Shown here: piece after piece, positions 21,125 through 30,558 of the stretch
Layout of the letters: each line of letters begins with the position of its first letter
How positions within the stretch are numbered: position 1 is the first letter of the stretch
Assembly (NCBI GenBank): GCA_015061845.1
Contig: SUVT01000020.1
Coordinates: forward strand, 1 to 33,579
Origin: Lentisphaerota bacterium
GTDB lineage: Bacteria > Verrucomicrobiota > Lentisphaeria > Victivallales > UBA1829
Length of the DNA: 33,579 bases
Direction of reading: 5' to 3'
Program-made: the position numbers and the translations under genes
The notes under the pieces: model-generated
What the model was told of the DNA's origin: nothing
What the model saw: only the letters and a program-made list of their open reading frames with translations
The model's database searches: none

Positions 21125-22230
21125 TATATATCTCCTGCAGGGTCTTTTGTCAAAATTTCAAATATCTTATCAGGAATGACATAATACCATCCCTCGTGTC
21201 CATCCAAAAACTTCTTCATACGGTTCATATCGACATCATCTCCACCTTTTTCAGCAGAAACTTTACAAACAACACATCCTTGTGCTTTCTCTGCCTTGTA
21301 AAATGTCAATTTCCGGATAAAACCTGTACTGTCTTTTGTGATAAGTTCTCCCAGTAAAGTCAATTTCCCGGTATCTTTTCCCCGCACGCCCTCAAAAATA
21401 TACCCCTGAGCAAGGTATTTAAACAGAGTTCCAAGATTCCGGGCGGGAACCAGAAGATTATCGCCGGGGATCCAACTCTGGAAAGGATCTTTTTCGTTAA
21501 AACGACCGATCAACCAGCTTGGAGTATATTTCGTTTTTGAAATATATTCAATGCGCACCAATTTATTGATATCATCAAAAACAGGACAGCTCATCCAGCG
21601 TCCGGGTCCGGGATGAAGATCTTCAAAGACGGTCGATACCAAAACCGGAACAACGGAACCATTGTTCTGAACAATTCCGACCCATCGCCCGCTGATTTCC
21701 GGTCTGCTGCCGGGCATTACCTGTTCCGGCTCATTGAAATGAACGCCTCCGAATACCAAATCCCGTAAGCATTTTTTGTTTTTATCAAACATCTGGACCC
21801 TGATTCCGGTACTTTTTCCGGAAGATCCCTGAATATTCACCGCGAGTTTTGAGCAGGTCTTATCATCAGCGGGAATTGCTTTCCGCAAGGGGCGGAGTTT
21901 TTGAAGCCGTTCAATAAAACGGACGACTTTATCTGTATCAGCTTTATGATAATCTCTTTCTTTGATATACCAAACGCCATTTTTTAAAGTCAAAGTAGTT
22001 TTATGCTCTCCCATTGAAACAACAATCTCAGCAGGTTCATCCAACGCAAAATTCTGCAAAAGATTTTTCATGGAAAGATTTGCTTTTTCTTTTTTATTTT
22101 TCTCTGACTTATAAGCAAAGAAAGCAACAAATATAAAGAGAAGGCAAATCACACATTTCAGGATGAATGACCGGTTCTGCCAGAGAAAATCTGCCGATTT
22201 TTTCAGAATAAACAATATTTTCTGCTTCAT
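21124..22230 (-). CDS. DUF4340-like protein (GldG-associated accessory protein)
   Basis: N-terminal TM anchor, then HKTTLTLKNGVWYIKERDYHKADTDKVVRFIERLQKL, which resembles DUF4340 proteins found downstream of GldG-type genes. Overlaps the upstream gene by 4 nt. Confidence 0.45.
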   Translation of the reverse strand: MKQKILFILKKSADFLWQNRSFILKCVICLLFIFVAFFAYKSEKNKKEKANLSMKNLLQNFALDEPAEIVVSMGEHKTTLTLKNGVWYIKERDYHKADTDKVVRFIERLQKLRPLRKAIPADDKTCSKLAVNIQGSSGKSTGIRVQMFDKNKKCLRDLVFGGVHFNEPEQVMPGSRPEISGRWVGIVQNNGSVVPVLVSTVFEDLHPGPGRWMSCPVFDDINKLVRIEYISKTKYTPSWLIGRFNEKDPFQSWIPGDNLLVPARNLGTLFKYLAQGYIFEGVRGKDTGKLTLLGELITKDSTGFIRKLTFYKAEKAQGCVVCKVSAEKGGDDVDMNRMKKFLDGHEGWYYVIPDKIFEILTKDPAGDI

Positions 22231-24875
22231 GACTTATTCCTCCTTGTCATAAGACTGTGCCGGACCAATGCATAGATGATCCCAAGCAAAGCAACGATAC
22301 CGGGCACAACAAGAAGATTTATAACCTTGATTTTCGTCTCAAACTGTTCTATCTCTGAACGGAAAGAATGAGAAAGAGCCTTAATCTCCCGCTCTGCTTC
22401 TTTCAGTTTTTGAGATTCAGATTCGATCTCATTCATTAAACTTACAGAAGGCTGTGTTCTCAACTTTTTCTTCATTTCTGTCAAACGTTTATTCGAGTCA
22501 ATAAACTTACGTTCCGCTTTCAAAAGTTTATCCCGGTAACGGAGCTCCGCTTCTGCTTTTATCTCAGTGAACCGGGTTAACGGACGGCTCATGGGAATAC
22601 GGCTGCGGACCTGAGCCAGAGATTTCTGATTTGTCAATTGTTCAGCAACATTCTGAATCAAAGAGACATTATCATTGAATCGGCTGAATATCTGCTGACC
22701 GGTGACATCCGGCTTCTTCTGTACACAGGCACTGTTAAACAAAATATCGGAATCTGCGAAAAGATAGATTTTACTTTTCTTTTCTGATCTCTTGAGGATT
22801 TTTGTGCCCGGTTGAAGAGCGGTAGGATCCGGAGCCCCATTCGGGAAAGCAGTTTCAAAGGAACCTTCCAGACGGACCGCAAGAGGATACTCTTTTTTAT
22901 GAGCCTTGAATTTCCGTCTGATCCAATCCTCGGAGCTGATTTGATCTCTGTGGAAATAAGCAGATTCAGACGTTGTTGAAAGCAAGATCTTACTTTCGAT
23001 TCCGGGGAGCTTATTCACTCTGAAAAGACCGGAATAAGGCATAAATACAGATTTCAGGAGAGCTGTTTCCGGAACATCCTTATTAAAACCAGCAGGCTGC
23101 AAACTCAAAAGCATCGGTCTCATATCATATCGGTTCTGCTGGGCCTGACGGTATGCAAAATTCATGTCAGCAACAACATATTCCTTCCTGTAGGAGACAC
23201 CCCATGCGCTGAAAAGATCGGAACAATCTGAAGAGAGATGATTCATCATATTGATATCACGCTTCTTTGTTCCGGAGGCATAATTGGAGTAAGGATCAAC
23301 AAAAACAGCCAGATTTCCACCGCGGAGAACAAACTGATCTAACGCAAAAAGTGTTCTCTGATGAAAACCGGATGGATGGATCACCATCACAGCATTGATA
23401 TCAGCCGGTATTTCAGTGGCATCCGCAGGAAGTTGAACAACTTCATAATCCTTCCGCAAATCAGAAATAATATACCATGGCGGAGTGATTTCCATAACAG
23501 GATTCTGGAGCTGCCGGAAACGGGTTGATAAATCCGGAGCGGTTCCGAACACAGGAAGGGAAGAAATAATTCCCAGTTTGGGGCGTTCCTTGCGGGAAAC
23601 ATTTTGGACGATTCGGAGGATCTCATATTCCAACTGAGCATCGTGCAGAGGTGTCAGATATGCAATTTTCTGGGATTTATCTCCATGAGATGCAGAAATT
23701 CCAAGAAAATACCGTTCTCCGGAAAGATCCTGCATCGCTGTACAACCATCAATTGCAGCAGCTTCTTCGTGAACCGGATCTGTCGCCGGATCGATGATCT
23801 CCAAAACGATCTTTCCATTGGAAGCAGATTCAAACTCTCTCAACAGCCATTCAACACGGTCAGCATACTTTTTCAGATAAGGAACCATGGCTTTGCTGGA
23901 ACGGGAAGCATAAAAACGAACCAGAACAACACCGTCAAGGTCTGCAGCGACCTGTTTAGAAACAGGGGAAATGGAATAAGCCTGATCATGACTGACATCC
24001 AGTCGATACTTCCAGGTATTTCCAATAATAAACATTGAGATACAGACCAGGAGGATCCAGGTAAAACGCAGAACAAATTTTCCCAACGCATTGCGGCTGG
24101 CACGGTTCTTCAAAATTCCGGAAGAAAAAAGTCCACTCGGAACTGCGGCGGCGAACTCCAATGTAAACCATGTCAAAGCAAGGAAAAACAGAGAAAGTGA
24201 AACGGCATAAACCAGTTCAGAAGTATCGATCAAGCCTTTCTGAAAAGCCTGACAATTGGAAAGGAATGAACAGGCTGCGATTTTATCTACAATGTCCTGC
24301 GGGATCCAAAGGGCGAGCAATTCTGTAACTTTCGGCCATCCGGCGAACAGGAAAAAACCGCAAACAAAAACTGATAACAGAAAACTGGCTGTTTGGCTCT
24401 TGGTCACAGCCGAACAGAAAGAAGCGATGGATAGATAGGCACATCCGAGCAATAACGCTCCGGCATACCCGCAAAGGATCGCTCCGATATCAGGTTCCCC
24501 GAGAACAATGGCTGTCACAGGAACAGAAAAAGTCAGAAGAAGTGCAACGAACAATAAAATCGTCCCTGCAATAAACTTCCCGAAAACCATTTCCCATGGA
24601 GATGCCGGGAATGAAAGAGTTAACTCAAAGACCCCCAAGCGGCGTTCTTCTGACCACATAGGCATTGCCAAAGCCGGTACGATCAACATGAAAAGCCAGG
24701 GCATCCAGTCGAAGAACGGGGCTAAATCAGCCTGACCGGAAGCATAAATCCCGCTGGCAACAAATGCACAAAAGGATGATAAAACAAGGAATATAACGAG
24801 GAAAACCCATGCAGCGGGAGAAGCCAACGCAAGGGATAATTCTTTCCGGATCAAAGCAGAAAAACGTCTCAGCAT
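22227..24875 (-). CDS. fused ABC-2 permease (GldF-like) / GldG-like auxiliary protein, 882 aa
   Basis: About 250 N-terminal residues with 6 TM helices (ABC-2 permease). Then a large extracytoplasmic GldG-like region (ABC-type uncharacterised transport system), a coiled coil and a C-terminal TM anchor (VVPGIVALLGIIYALV). Overlaps the upstream ATPase by 7 nt. Confidence 0.6.
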   Translation of the reverse strand: MLRRFSALIRKELSLALASPAAWVFLVIFLVLSSFCAFVASGIYASGQADLAPFFDWMPWLFMLIVPALAMPMWSEERRLGVFELTLSFPASPWEMVFGKFIAGTILLFVALLLTFSVPVTAIVLGEPDIGAILCGYAGALLLGCAYLSIASFCSAVTKSQTASFLLSVFVCGFFLFAGWPKVTELLALWIPQDIVDKIAACSFLSNCQAFQKGLIDTSELVYAVSLSLFFLALTWFTLEFAAAVPSGLFSSGILKNRASRNALGKFVLRFTWILLVCISMFIIGNTWKYRLDVSHDQAYSISPVSKQVAADLDGVVLVRFYASRSSKAMVPYLKKYADRVEWLLREFESASNGKIVLEIIDPATDPVHEEAAAIDGCTAMQDLSGERYFLGISASHGDKSQKIAYLTPLHDAQLEYEILRIVQNVSRKERPKLGIISSLPVFGTAPDLSTRFRQLQNPVMEITPPWYIISDLRKDYEVVQLPADATEIPADINAVMVIHPSGFHQRTLFALDQFVLRGGNLAVFVDPYSNYASGTKKRDINMMNHLSSDCSDLFSAWGVSYRKEYVVADMNFAYRQAQQNRYDMRPMLLSLQPAGFNKDVPETALLKSVFMPYSGLFRVNKLPGIESKILLSTTSESAYFHRDQISSEDWIRRKFKAHKKEYPLAVRLEGSFETAFPNGAPDPTALQPGTKILKRSEKKSKIYLFADSDILFNSACVQKKPDVTGQQIFSRFNDNVSLIQNVAEQLTNQKSLAQVRSRIPMSRPLTRFTEIKAEAELRYRDKLLKAERKFIDSNKRLTEMKKKLRTQPSVSLMNEIESESQKLKEAEREIKALSHSFRSEIEQFETKIKVINLLVVPGIVALLGIIYALVRHSLMTRRNKS

Positions 24876-25813
24876 GTTTCCTCTCCCTCATTATTTCCAA
24901 GAAGTGCAAAGACATCAGAAAGATCAGCATGAAGGATATCACACTCAAGAATATTTATTTTCTGTGCGGCAGCAAAATTCATTGCCGAGGCGGCGAGTGT
25001 CTTTTCCTTACCCGGAGCAGGTCTCAACTTAATAGAAGTTACGCCATCTTTTTTCGTAATTGAAAATGATGCGGCATCTTTGAAAAATTTAAAAACAGAA
25101 AGATCAGCATTTGCCTCTGTAGTCAGAACAACAGCTCCTTCATCAGGAGAAAGCCCACGGAATTCAGCTGCACTGCCATTGAATACCGCCCTGCCCCGCC
25201 GGATTGCAAGAACATGATCACAAACAGCTCCGATCTCTTCCAGGATGTGTGTTGATACGATGATCGCAGTTGTCTCTTTCAAATCTTCAATCAAAGAACG
25301 GATCTCTCTTTTCTGGTCAGGATCAAGCCCGTCTGTAGGCTCGTCAAGCACAAGATTTTCCGGAGAATGAATCAACGCCTGAGCAAGGCAGACGCGCCGG
25401 CGGAACCCTTTGGAAAGAGCTTCCACATCCATCCGCAGGACTTCATCCAAACGGCAGATTTCAACAACCCGGTTATAAGCGAGTCTCAATTTCTTTCCAC
25501 TCAATCCGCGCATTCTTCCGCAGAATTTGAGGAAAGCTGCCACACTCATACCGGAATAAAGCGGAGCGTTTTCGGGGAGATACCCCAAAACTTCCTTTGC
25601 CTGAACAGGATTCTTCAGCATATTGATACCGGAAACTGTCACTTCTCCGGAATCCGGCGGAAAAATACCGCAGATAATTTTCATCGCAGTTGATTTTCCC
25701 GCCCCGTTCGGTCCGATAAAACCAAGAACAGAACCGGTTGATACTTCCAGATCCAGATTATTCAGGACTTTATTCTTCCCGTAAGATTTATTGAGCTTGT
25801 CCGCTGAAATCAT
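24869..25813 (-). CDS. ABC transporter ATP-binding protein (GldA-like, ABC-2 exporter type)
   Basis: Walker A GPNGAGKST, signature LSKGFRRR, Walker B LVLDEPTDGLD, H-loop STHIL. Confidence 0.85.
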   Translation of the reverse strand: MISADKLNKSYGKNKVLNNLDLEVSTGSVLGFIGPNGAGKSTAMKIICGIFPPDSGEVTVSGINMLKNPVQAKEVLGYLPENAPLYSGMSVAAFLKFCGRMRGLSGKKLRLAYNRVVEICRLDEVLRMDVEALSKGFRRRVCLAQALIHSPENLVLDEPTDGLDPDQKREIRSLIEDLKETTAIIVSTHILEEIGAVCDHVLAIRRGRAVFNGSAAEFRGLSPDEGAVVLTTEANADLSVFKFFKDAASFSITKKDGVTSIKLRPAPGKEKTLAASAMNFAAAQKINILECDILHADLSDVFALLGNNEGEETC

Positions 25814-25836
25814 CTGACTAAACCTTTTTTTTCGAC

Positions 25837-26982
25837 TTAATCTTTCAAAGTATCAAAGAATTCTTTTACGGGGAAAATTCTTGTACTGGCACCGACATTG
25901 CAGCCGGTCATGTAAAGTCCGTTTTCCACATCCCCCTGATAAGTAGCAATCAGAGCGCGGGCAATACAAAACAGGGATTTTGCCGGATTACAGGAACGCA
26001 AACAACGGTACGGACAGGTGAAACGCTGTTTTTCTCCGGTCAGGACCCGTTCAACCAGCGGGGTTCTCAAAACACGGACAGGCAGCCCGACAGGACTCTT
26101 GATGATCACAACATCCTTTTCAGTTGCGTTGATCCAGACCATTTTACTCTTTTCATCGATTCCTGCCTCTTCAGTCGCAATAAAGTAGGTTCCGACCTGA
26201 ACACCGTTATAGCCATAGGAGATCATCCGTTCCACATCGGCACGGCATGCGACTTCGGCAGCGGCAATGATGGGAAGACCGGTCAGACCAGCCTGATCTG
26301 CAACCTCTTTGATTTCCTTATATAAGATATCGAGAGAGCAGGTTTCCGGATGTTCGATCTGTTCCATAGTAAAACCAAGATGTCCACCGTTACGGGGACC
26401 TTCAACGATCACAGCATCGGGTTTCCGGTTGTATTTCCGTTCCCAGGTACGAAGTACAAGATCAAAAGCTCTTGCACTGGAAACGACAGGGATCAGCGCA
26501 ATATTTGCATCTCCAACGAACTCAGGCAGATTCAACGGAAGCCCTGCTCCGGAAATAATGAAGTCGACCCCTTCTTTGACTGCAGTTTCCACGATTTCCT
26601 TATAATTGGAAAGAGCCACCATTACGTTCACACCGAGGGGCTTTTTGCCTTTCAAACGATCCTGAGCCCGATGTATTTCATCTGAGAATTTGTTATTACA
26701 TTCTTCTACAAAATGATACTTTCCACGCTCGACATCTCCCAACCCGACGCTGGCAATCGTTCCATATCCACCGCACTCAACCACTGCAGCTGCCAATTCT
26801 GCAGAACCGATTTTGACACCCATACCGGCTTGTATCACAGGATATTCCGATTCAAGATGTCTGATTTTCAATGACGGAAGTTTCATAACTTTCAACTTTT
26901 CCATGTTATTTTGCTCCGGCTGAATTACCCTTACAGCCGAACACAAATGATTTGTCTGAATATTCCACATTGTAATATACAT
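25837..26982 (-). CDS. nitronate monooxygenase / FabK-family FMN oxidoreductase (NPD-like)
   Basis: YPVIQAGMGVKIGSAELAAAVVECGGYGTIAS matches the NMO/2-nitropropane dioxygenase N-terminal FMN motif. A strong AAGGAGG RBS lies 7 nt upstream of the ATG at 26982. The alternative start at 26904 (MEKLKV, GGAG RBS) would remove 26 non-conserved residues. Confidence 0.65.
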   Translation of the reverse strand: MYITMWNIQTNHLCSAVRVIQPEQNNMEKLKVMKLPSLKIRHLESEYPVIQAGMGVKIGSAELAAAVVECGGYGTIASVGLGDVERGKYHFVEECNNKFSDEIHRAQDRLKGKKPLGVNVMVALSNYKEIVETAVKEGVDFIISGAGLPLNLPEFVGDANIALIPVVSSARAFDLVLRTWERKYNRKPDAVIVEGPRNGGHLGFTMEQIEHPETCSLDILYKEIKEVADQAGLTGLPIIAAAEVACRADVERMISYGYNGVQVGTYFIATEEAGIDEKSKMVWINATEKDVVIIKSPVGLPVRVLRTPLVERVLTGEKQRFTCPYRCLRSCNPAKSLFCIARALIATYQGDVENGLYMTGCNVGASTRIFPVKEFFDTLKD

Positions 26983-27066
26983 CTCAAACCTCCTTTTTCA
27001 ACTTGATTTTCTATATGACCTGATAAAATAATTAAAAAAAACATTTATAATTTTTCAAGTCTTTCA

Positions 27067-27095
27067 TTGACTTTTATGATAAACATGTATATATT
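27067..27095 (+). promoter_or_regulatory. putative sigma70 promoter for the ECF sigma factor gene
   Basis: TTGACT (27067-27072), 17-nt spacer, TATATT (27090-27095), about 30 nt upstream of the AGAGGGA RBS and the TTG start at 27134. Confidence 0.3.
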
Positions 27096-27133
27096 TAGCC
27101 GGAATATTTCTCATAGAAAGAAAAGAGGGAAAC

Positions 27134-27730
27134 TTGAAACGCAGTTTGACGACAGACAGTAAGTTATTGGGACAGTTGGCAGCTGAAGATGAGCAGGCAT
27201 GGAGCGAATTCCATTCAAAATACAGAAAAATGATCTGTTCTATCGGTAAAAAACGCGGTATTTCTCCCGATGAGACGGAAGATCTTATTCAGGAAGTTAT
27301 GCTGATTTGCTGCCGACGGATCAAGGAATTTACATACGACAGGGAGAAAGGACATTTCCGTTCCTATCTTACAGCAATTATACATAATGTGTCGTGGCAG
27401 CTGCAGCGTAAAAGAAAAAATCCGCCTCCGGTGGATACGGAATATGATGACAGTATCGATAAACTTTTCATGGAGCAGTATGAAAAGTTTCTGATCAATG
27501 CCCTTATGAAAAAGCTGAAAGAGCGGGTCAACAGTCAAACCTTTTCAACTTTTGAAATGCTTTATATCCAGCAGCTTCCGGTAGAGGAGGTCTGTAAAAT
27601 CACAAGAAAAAGCCCCGGTGCGGTCTACCTGATCAAAATGAGATGCCTGCGAATCCTGCGTCAATGTATCGCAGAAATCCCGGAAGCAGCCGACCGGCTC
27701 GGAAGAGATAACTCCAGCAAAAATGCCTGA
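27134..27730 (+). CDS. ECF-type RNA polymerase sigma factor (sigma-70 regions 2 and 4)
   Basis: Region 2 DLIQEVMLICCRRIKEF...FRSYLTAIIHNVSWQLQRKR and region 4 HTH LPVEEVCKITRKSPGAVYLIKMRCLRILRQ. Likely a TTG start preceded by an AGAGGGA RBS. Its 3' end overlaps the convergent kinase gene by 70 nt. Confidence 0.7.
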   Translation: MKRSLTTDSKLLGQLAAEDEQAWSEFHSKYRKMICSIGKKRGISPDETEDLIQEVMLICCRRIKEFTYDREKGHFRSYLTAIIHNVSWQLQRKRKNPPPVDTEYDDSIDKLFMEQYEKFLINALMKKLKERVNSQTFSTFEMLYIQQLPVEEVCKITRKSPGAVYLIKMRCLRILRQCIAEIPEAADRLGRDNSSKNA

Positions 27731-30558
27731 CTGATCTGCAGAGCGCAATATTCTCCGTCCACCAGACCGATTGAGGCAGAGTGCAGGCTGTTCCGGTAAA
27801 CAGTTCCTTTGAGTTCCAATGAAGAATCAAATTTTGATCCATCGGAGAAAACCCATTTATCATATCTCCAAGTACCGCCAAGCATGATATTTTTCTCTTT
27901 CCAGGGAGTTAATTCTTTCCGGAACAAAGCCTGCAATTCCGGAGTTTTCGGCTCTGCCAGTTTTCCGCCAAGCAGTTCTGCGACCCGGCGCAGCACATGG
28001 TTGTGAGTTCTGTACGGGAATAGAACATAAAGTTTTCCCTTGTGTTCAAAGGAATGGAGAACCGCCGGATGTTTTCGGATCCGTTCGGGATTTTTCCGGT
28101 TCTTATACTCGTCTGCGGTCCACTGGCAGATCGCCCCCGTGGCATCCGCCCGCTTGAAACACTGGATGCGTCCGCCAAGAAATACCAGACACCACCGTTT
28201 GAAATTCGGGAAAGGCGGAAGAGGAAAGCCGGTGTAAGGTTTTCCATCCGGACGCCGCCATTTTCCATCTGCAAAGAAGCCGTCTATATTAACATGAAAA
28301 CTGTTGGTTTCAAAAAATTTATTTTGCAGCTTCTTCAGAAGCTCTCCGGACTCCGGAACAAAGAGCCTGCCGCCAAGGAAGGAACAGATCTGACGGGCAG
28401 AATCCTGTCTGATCGAGGATTCATTACTTGTCAATACTTCATATATTTTCCCTTCATGATCAAGCTGACGGGATCCATGTGTCCAAAGGTGTTTTTCAAA
28501 GAACTCCATCGAACCGGGAGCAACAACGATCCGGCTTCCGACGTAAGGCGGCAGAAATTGATACTTCAAGTAAAGGGAATGTTTTTCCGGATCTACGGAG
28601 TTGCTGTTATACCATCCGCCGCTGATCCGGGCGCAATAATCATCCGGTTTCGCGGAATCTGCCATTGTGATTTCCATTACATTGCCCGCCATATCATAGA
28701 TCCCAAGATTATTCGGGAGCCCGGATGACACCGGATGGATATACCCTTTGGATTCTTTTTTCAACAATTTTGTGGGCGTTCCTTCTCCAGCCCAGGCACC
28801 ACGGTAAACCCACTCCCATTCACTGGTCTGCATCGGACGGAATATAAAACCATCCGGCAGCCGTCCCTGTTGTCTCATAATGATCGTCAATTCCCGGCAA
28901 TAACTTAAAAGATCGTTCCATGTGAACTTGGTCATTGGCAAATCAGGATGCGCTGAAGTCATGGGCATTTTCAGAACGCCGGTAAAATGATCCATGCGGA
29001 TCTCTCCATCATTACACCAGAAAGCGTTCTTGATCCGGACGATTTTTCCTTTTTTATTGCGATAAGATCCTGCGGGGACATAAACGAATTTAAAACGGAG
29101 GCTTGCCTCTGTCAAAAAATCTTTTTCCGGTTGAAGATTTCTGTCTGAAGGATAAATTTTTGTCTCAAGAGACTTCAATTTTTTCATTACCTTGGATTTT
29201 TTCTCCTCTGCGATCCATTTTCCCAACGGAGAGAGGAACAGACCCCTGACACCGGATGAAATTCTATGGATCTTATCCACATTTCCGCTGATTGGTATTT
29301 CCGGGATCCCCTTTAATGCAATTTCCCGGATCCTGGAATCGATTTTCTTGAGAATTTCCAATCTTTTTTCATAATCCAACGGCAGAGATTTCAACGCTGT
29401 TCTTATTTTTTCAGTTTCCTTTTCTCCTGCGAATGCTGCAATCTGATCAAATAATACAGTTCCATTTTCCTGAATGGATTTTTCCAGAGTTTCACATGCC
29501 TGCAACAACTCCTGCTGACGTTTTTGTTTTTCCTTTTCCGCTTTCAGAGATCGCTCATTTTCCAGTTTCTGAAGTTCCAACTCTTGAGCCATTTCCCGTT
29601 TTTTCTCTTCAAACAGACGTTCCGTTTCCATCTTTTGTTTCTGGATGTAAAAATAGGATCCGCATATTCCGGAAACGAGGAAAAACAACAGAAAAAGGAA
29701 CAAAATCAACATTGCGCCCGGATGTGCAAGCCGCCATTGCAGAAAAGACTCTCTCATCAAATCCAATTTTGTCGGTTTGATCAATGTTTGTGGAAGTGCC
29801 TGAGAGAATTCTTCGACAGAATGAAAGCGGTGTTTCGGGTTATTCTCGCAAACTCTGGTCAAAACCGGCCATAATTGACGTCTGACACTTAAAGGAAGAT
29901 CTGAAGGCAGATAAGGATAACGGGAAGCGGCTTCTCCGGTTACCGCCACATATAAAACCTTTCCCAGAGCATAAATATCCCGTTCGCAGGTATTCAGATT
30001 CAAACCATTGAAACATTCATGCGGAAGATATCCGAGTGTCCCGACAAAAGATACGGTCGCATCTATCTCGCATACCAGCCCCGGATCACATAATTTCGGG
30101 ACATTATCAACAAAAATAATATTTTCCGGCTTGATATCCCGATGGATCAGGTCTGATTTATGCAGAACATCCAAACCGGAAGCCAGAGAGTGAATCATTG
30201 TAAGGGCTTCATCCGGCTGCATTTTCCGGGAGGCAGCCAACACTGCAGACAGTGTTTTCGGAACATATGTTCCGCCGGCTTCTTCCAATGGATCCGCTGC
30301 CTCCATGATATAATACAGGAAATCATTTTCCACTCCCGCATGATAAATCTGAATCAGATTCGGACAATCCCTGGCAACCTGAATATATTTCCGGATCCCC
30401 CGAAGCTCACGTTCCGTGTCCGGGATTGAGACGATCTTCAAAGCAACCATCCGGTCAAGCGCATCTTTGGCAAGGTAGACAGTCCCCATGCCGCCGTGAC
30501 CGCACATGGTTATAATGCGGCAGCCTGCAAATATATCACCCTGTTTCAAGTTGATCAT
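27661..30558 (-). CDS. Ser/Thr protein kinase with TM segment, coiled coil, FGE-sulfatase-like domain and two C-type-lectin-like domains (965 aa)
   Basis: Kinase motifs GHGGMGTVY, VALKIV, HRDIKPENI, DPG, GTLGYLPHE. TM helix LILFLFLLFFLVSGICG. Coiled coil rich in E/K/Q. FGE-like domain FKFVYVPAGSY...NNLGIYDMAGNVMEIT...RISGGWYNS with no Cys pair. Two CTLD-like segments (ARQICSFLGGRLFVPESGEL...CQW and VAELLGGKLAEPKT...GEYCALQ). The start overlaps the upstream ABC ATPase stop by 4 nt. Confidence 0.8.
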   Translation of the reverse strand: MINLKQGDIFAGCRIITMCGHGGMGTVYLAKDALDRMVALKIVSIPDTERELRGIRKYIQVARDCPNLIQIYHAGVENDFLYYIMEAADPLEEAGGTYVPKTLSAVLAASRKMQPDEALTMIHSLASGLDVLHKSDLIHRDIKPENIIFVDNVPKLCDPGLVCEIDATVSFVGTLGYLPHECFNGLNLNTCERDIYALGKVLYVAVTGEAASRYPYLPSDLPLSVRRQLWPVLTRVCENNPKHRFHSVEEFSQALPQTLIKPTKLDLMRESFLQWRLAHPGAMLILFLFLLFFLVSGICGSYFYIQKQKMETERLFEEKKREMAQELELQKLENERSLKAEKEKQKRQQELLQACETLEKSIQENGTVLFDQIAAFAGEKETEKIRTALKSLPLDYEKRLEILKKIDSRIREIALKGIPEIPISGNVDKIHRISSGVRGLFLSPLGKWIAEEKKSKVMKKLKSLETKIYPSDRNLQPEKDFLTEASLRFKFVYVPAGSYRNKKGKIVRIKNAFWCNDGEIRMDHFTGVLKMPMTSAHPDLPMTKFTWNDLLSYCRELTIIMRQQGRLPDGFIFRPMQTSEWEWVYRGAWAGEGTPTKLLKKESKGYIHPVSSGLPNNLGIYDMAGNVMEITMADSAKPDDYCARISGGWYNSNSVDPEKHSLYLKYQFLPPYVGSRIVVAPGSMEFFEKHLWTHGSRQLDHEGKIYEVLTSNESSIRQDSARQICSFLGGRLFVPESGELLKKLQNKFFETNSFHVNIDGFFADGKWRRPDGKPYTGFPLPPFPNFKRWCLVFLGGRIQCFKRADATGAICQWTADEYKNRKNPERIRKHPAVLHSFEHKGKLYVLFPYRTHNHVLRRVAELLGGKLAEPKTPELQALFRKELTPWKEKNIMLGGTWRYDKWVFSDGSKFDSSLELKGTVYRNSLHSASIGLVDGEYCALQISQAFLLELSLPSRSAASGISAIH

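Noticed and set aside
28042-28728. 228-aa plus-strand ORF
   Set aside because: It lies inside and antisense to the kinase/FGE gene, which has clear kinase and FGE motifs.
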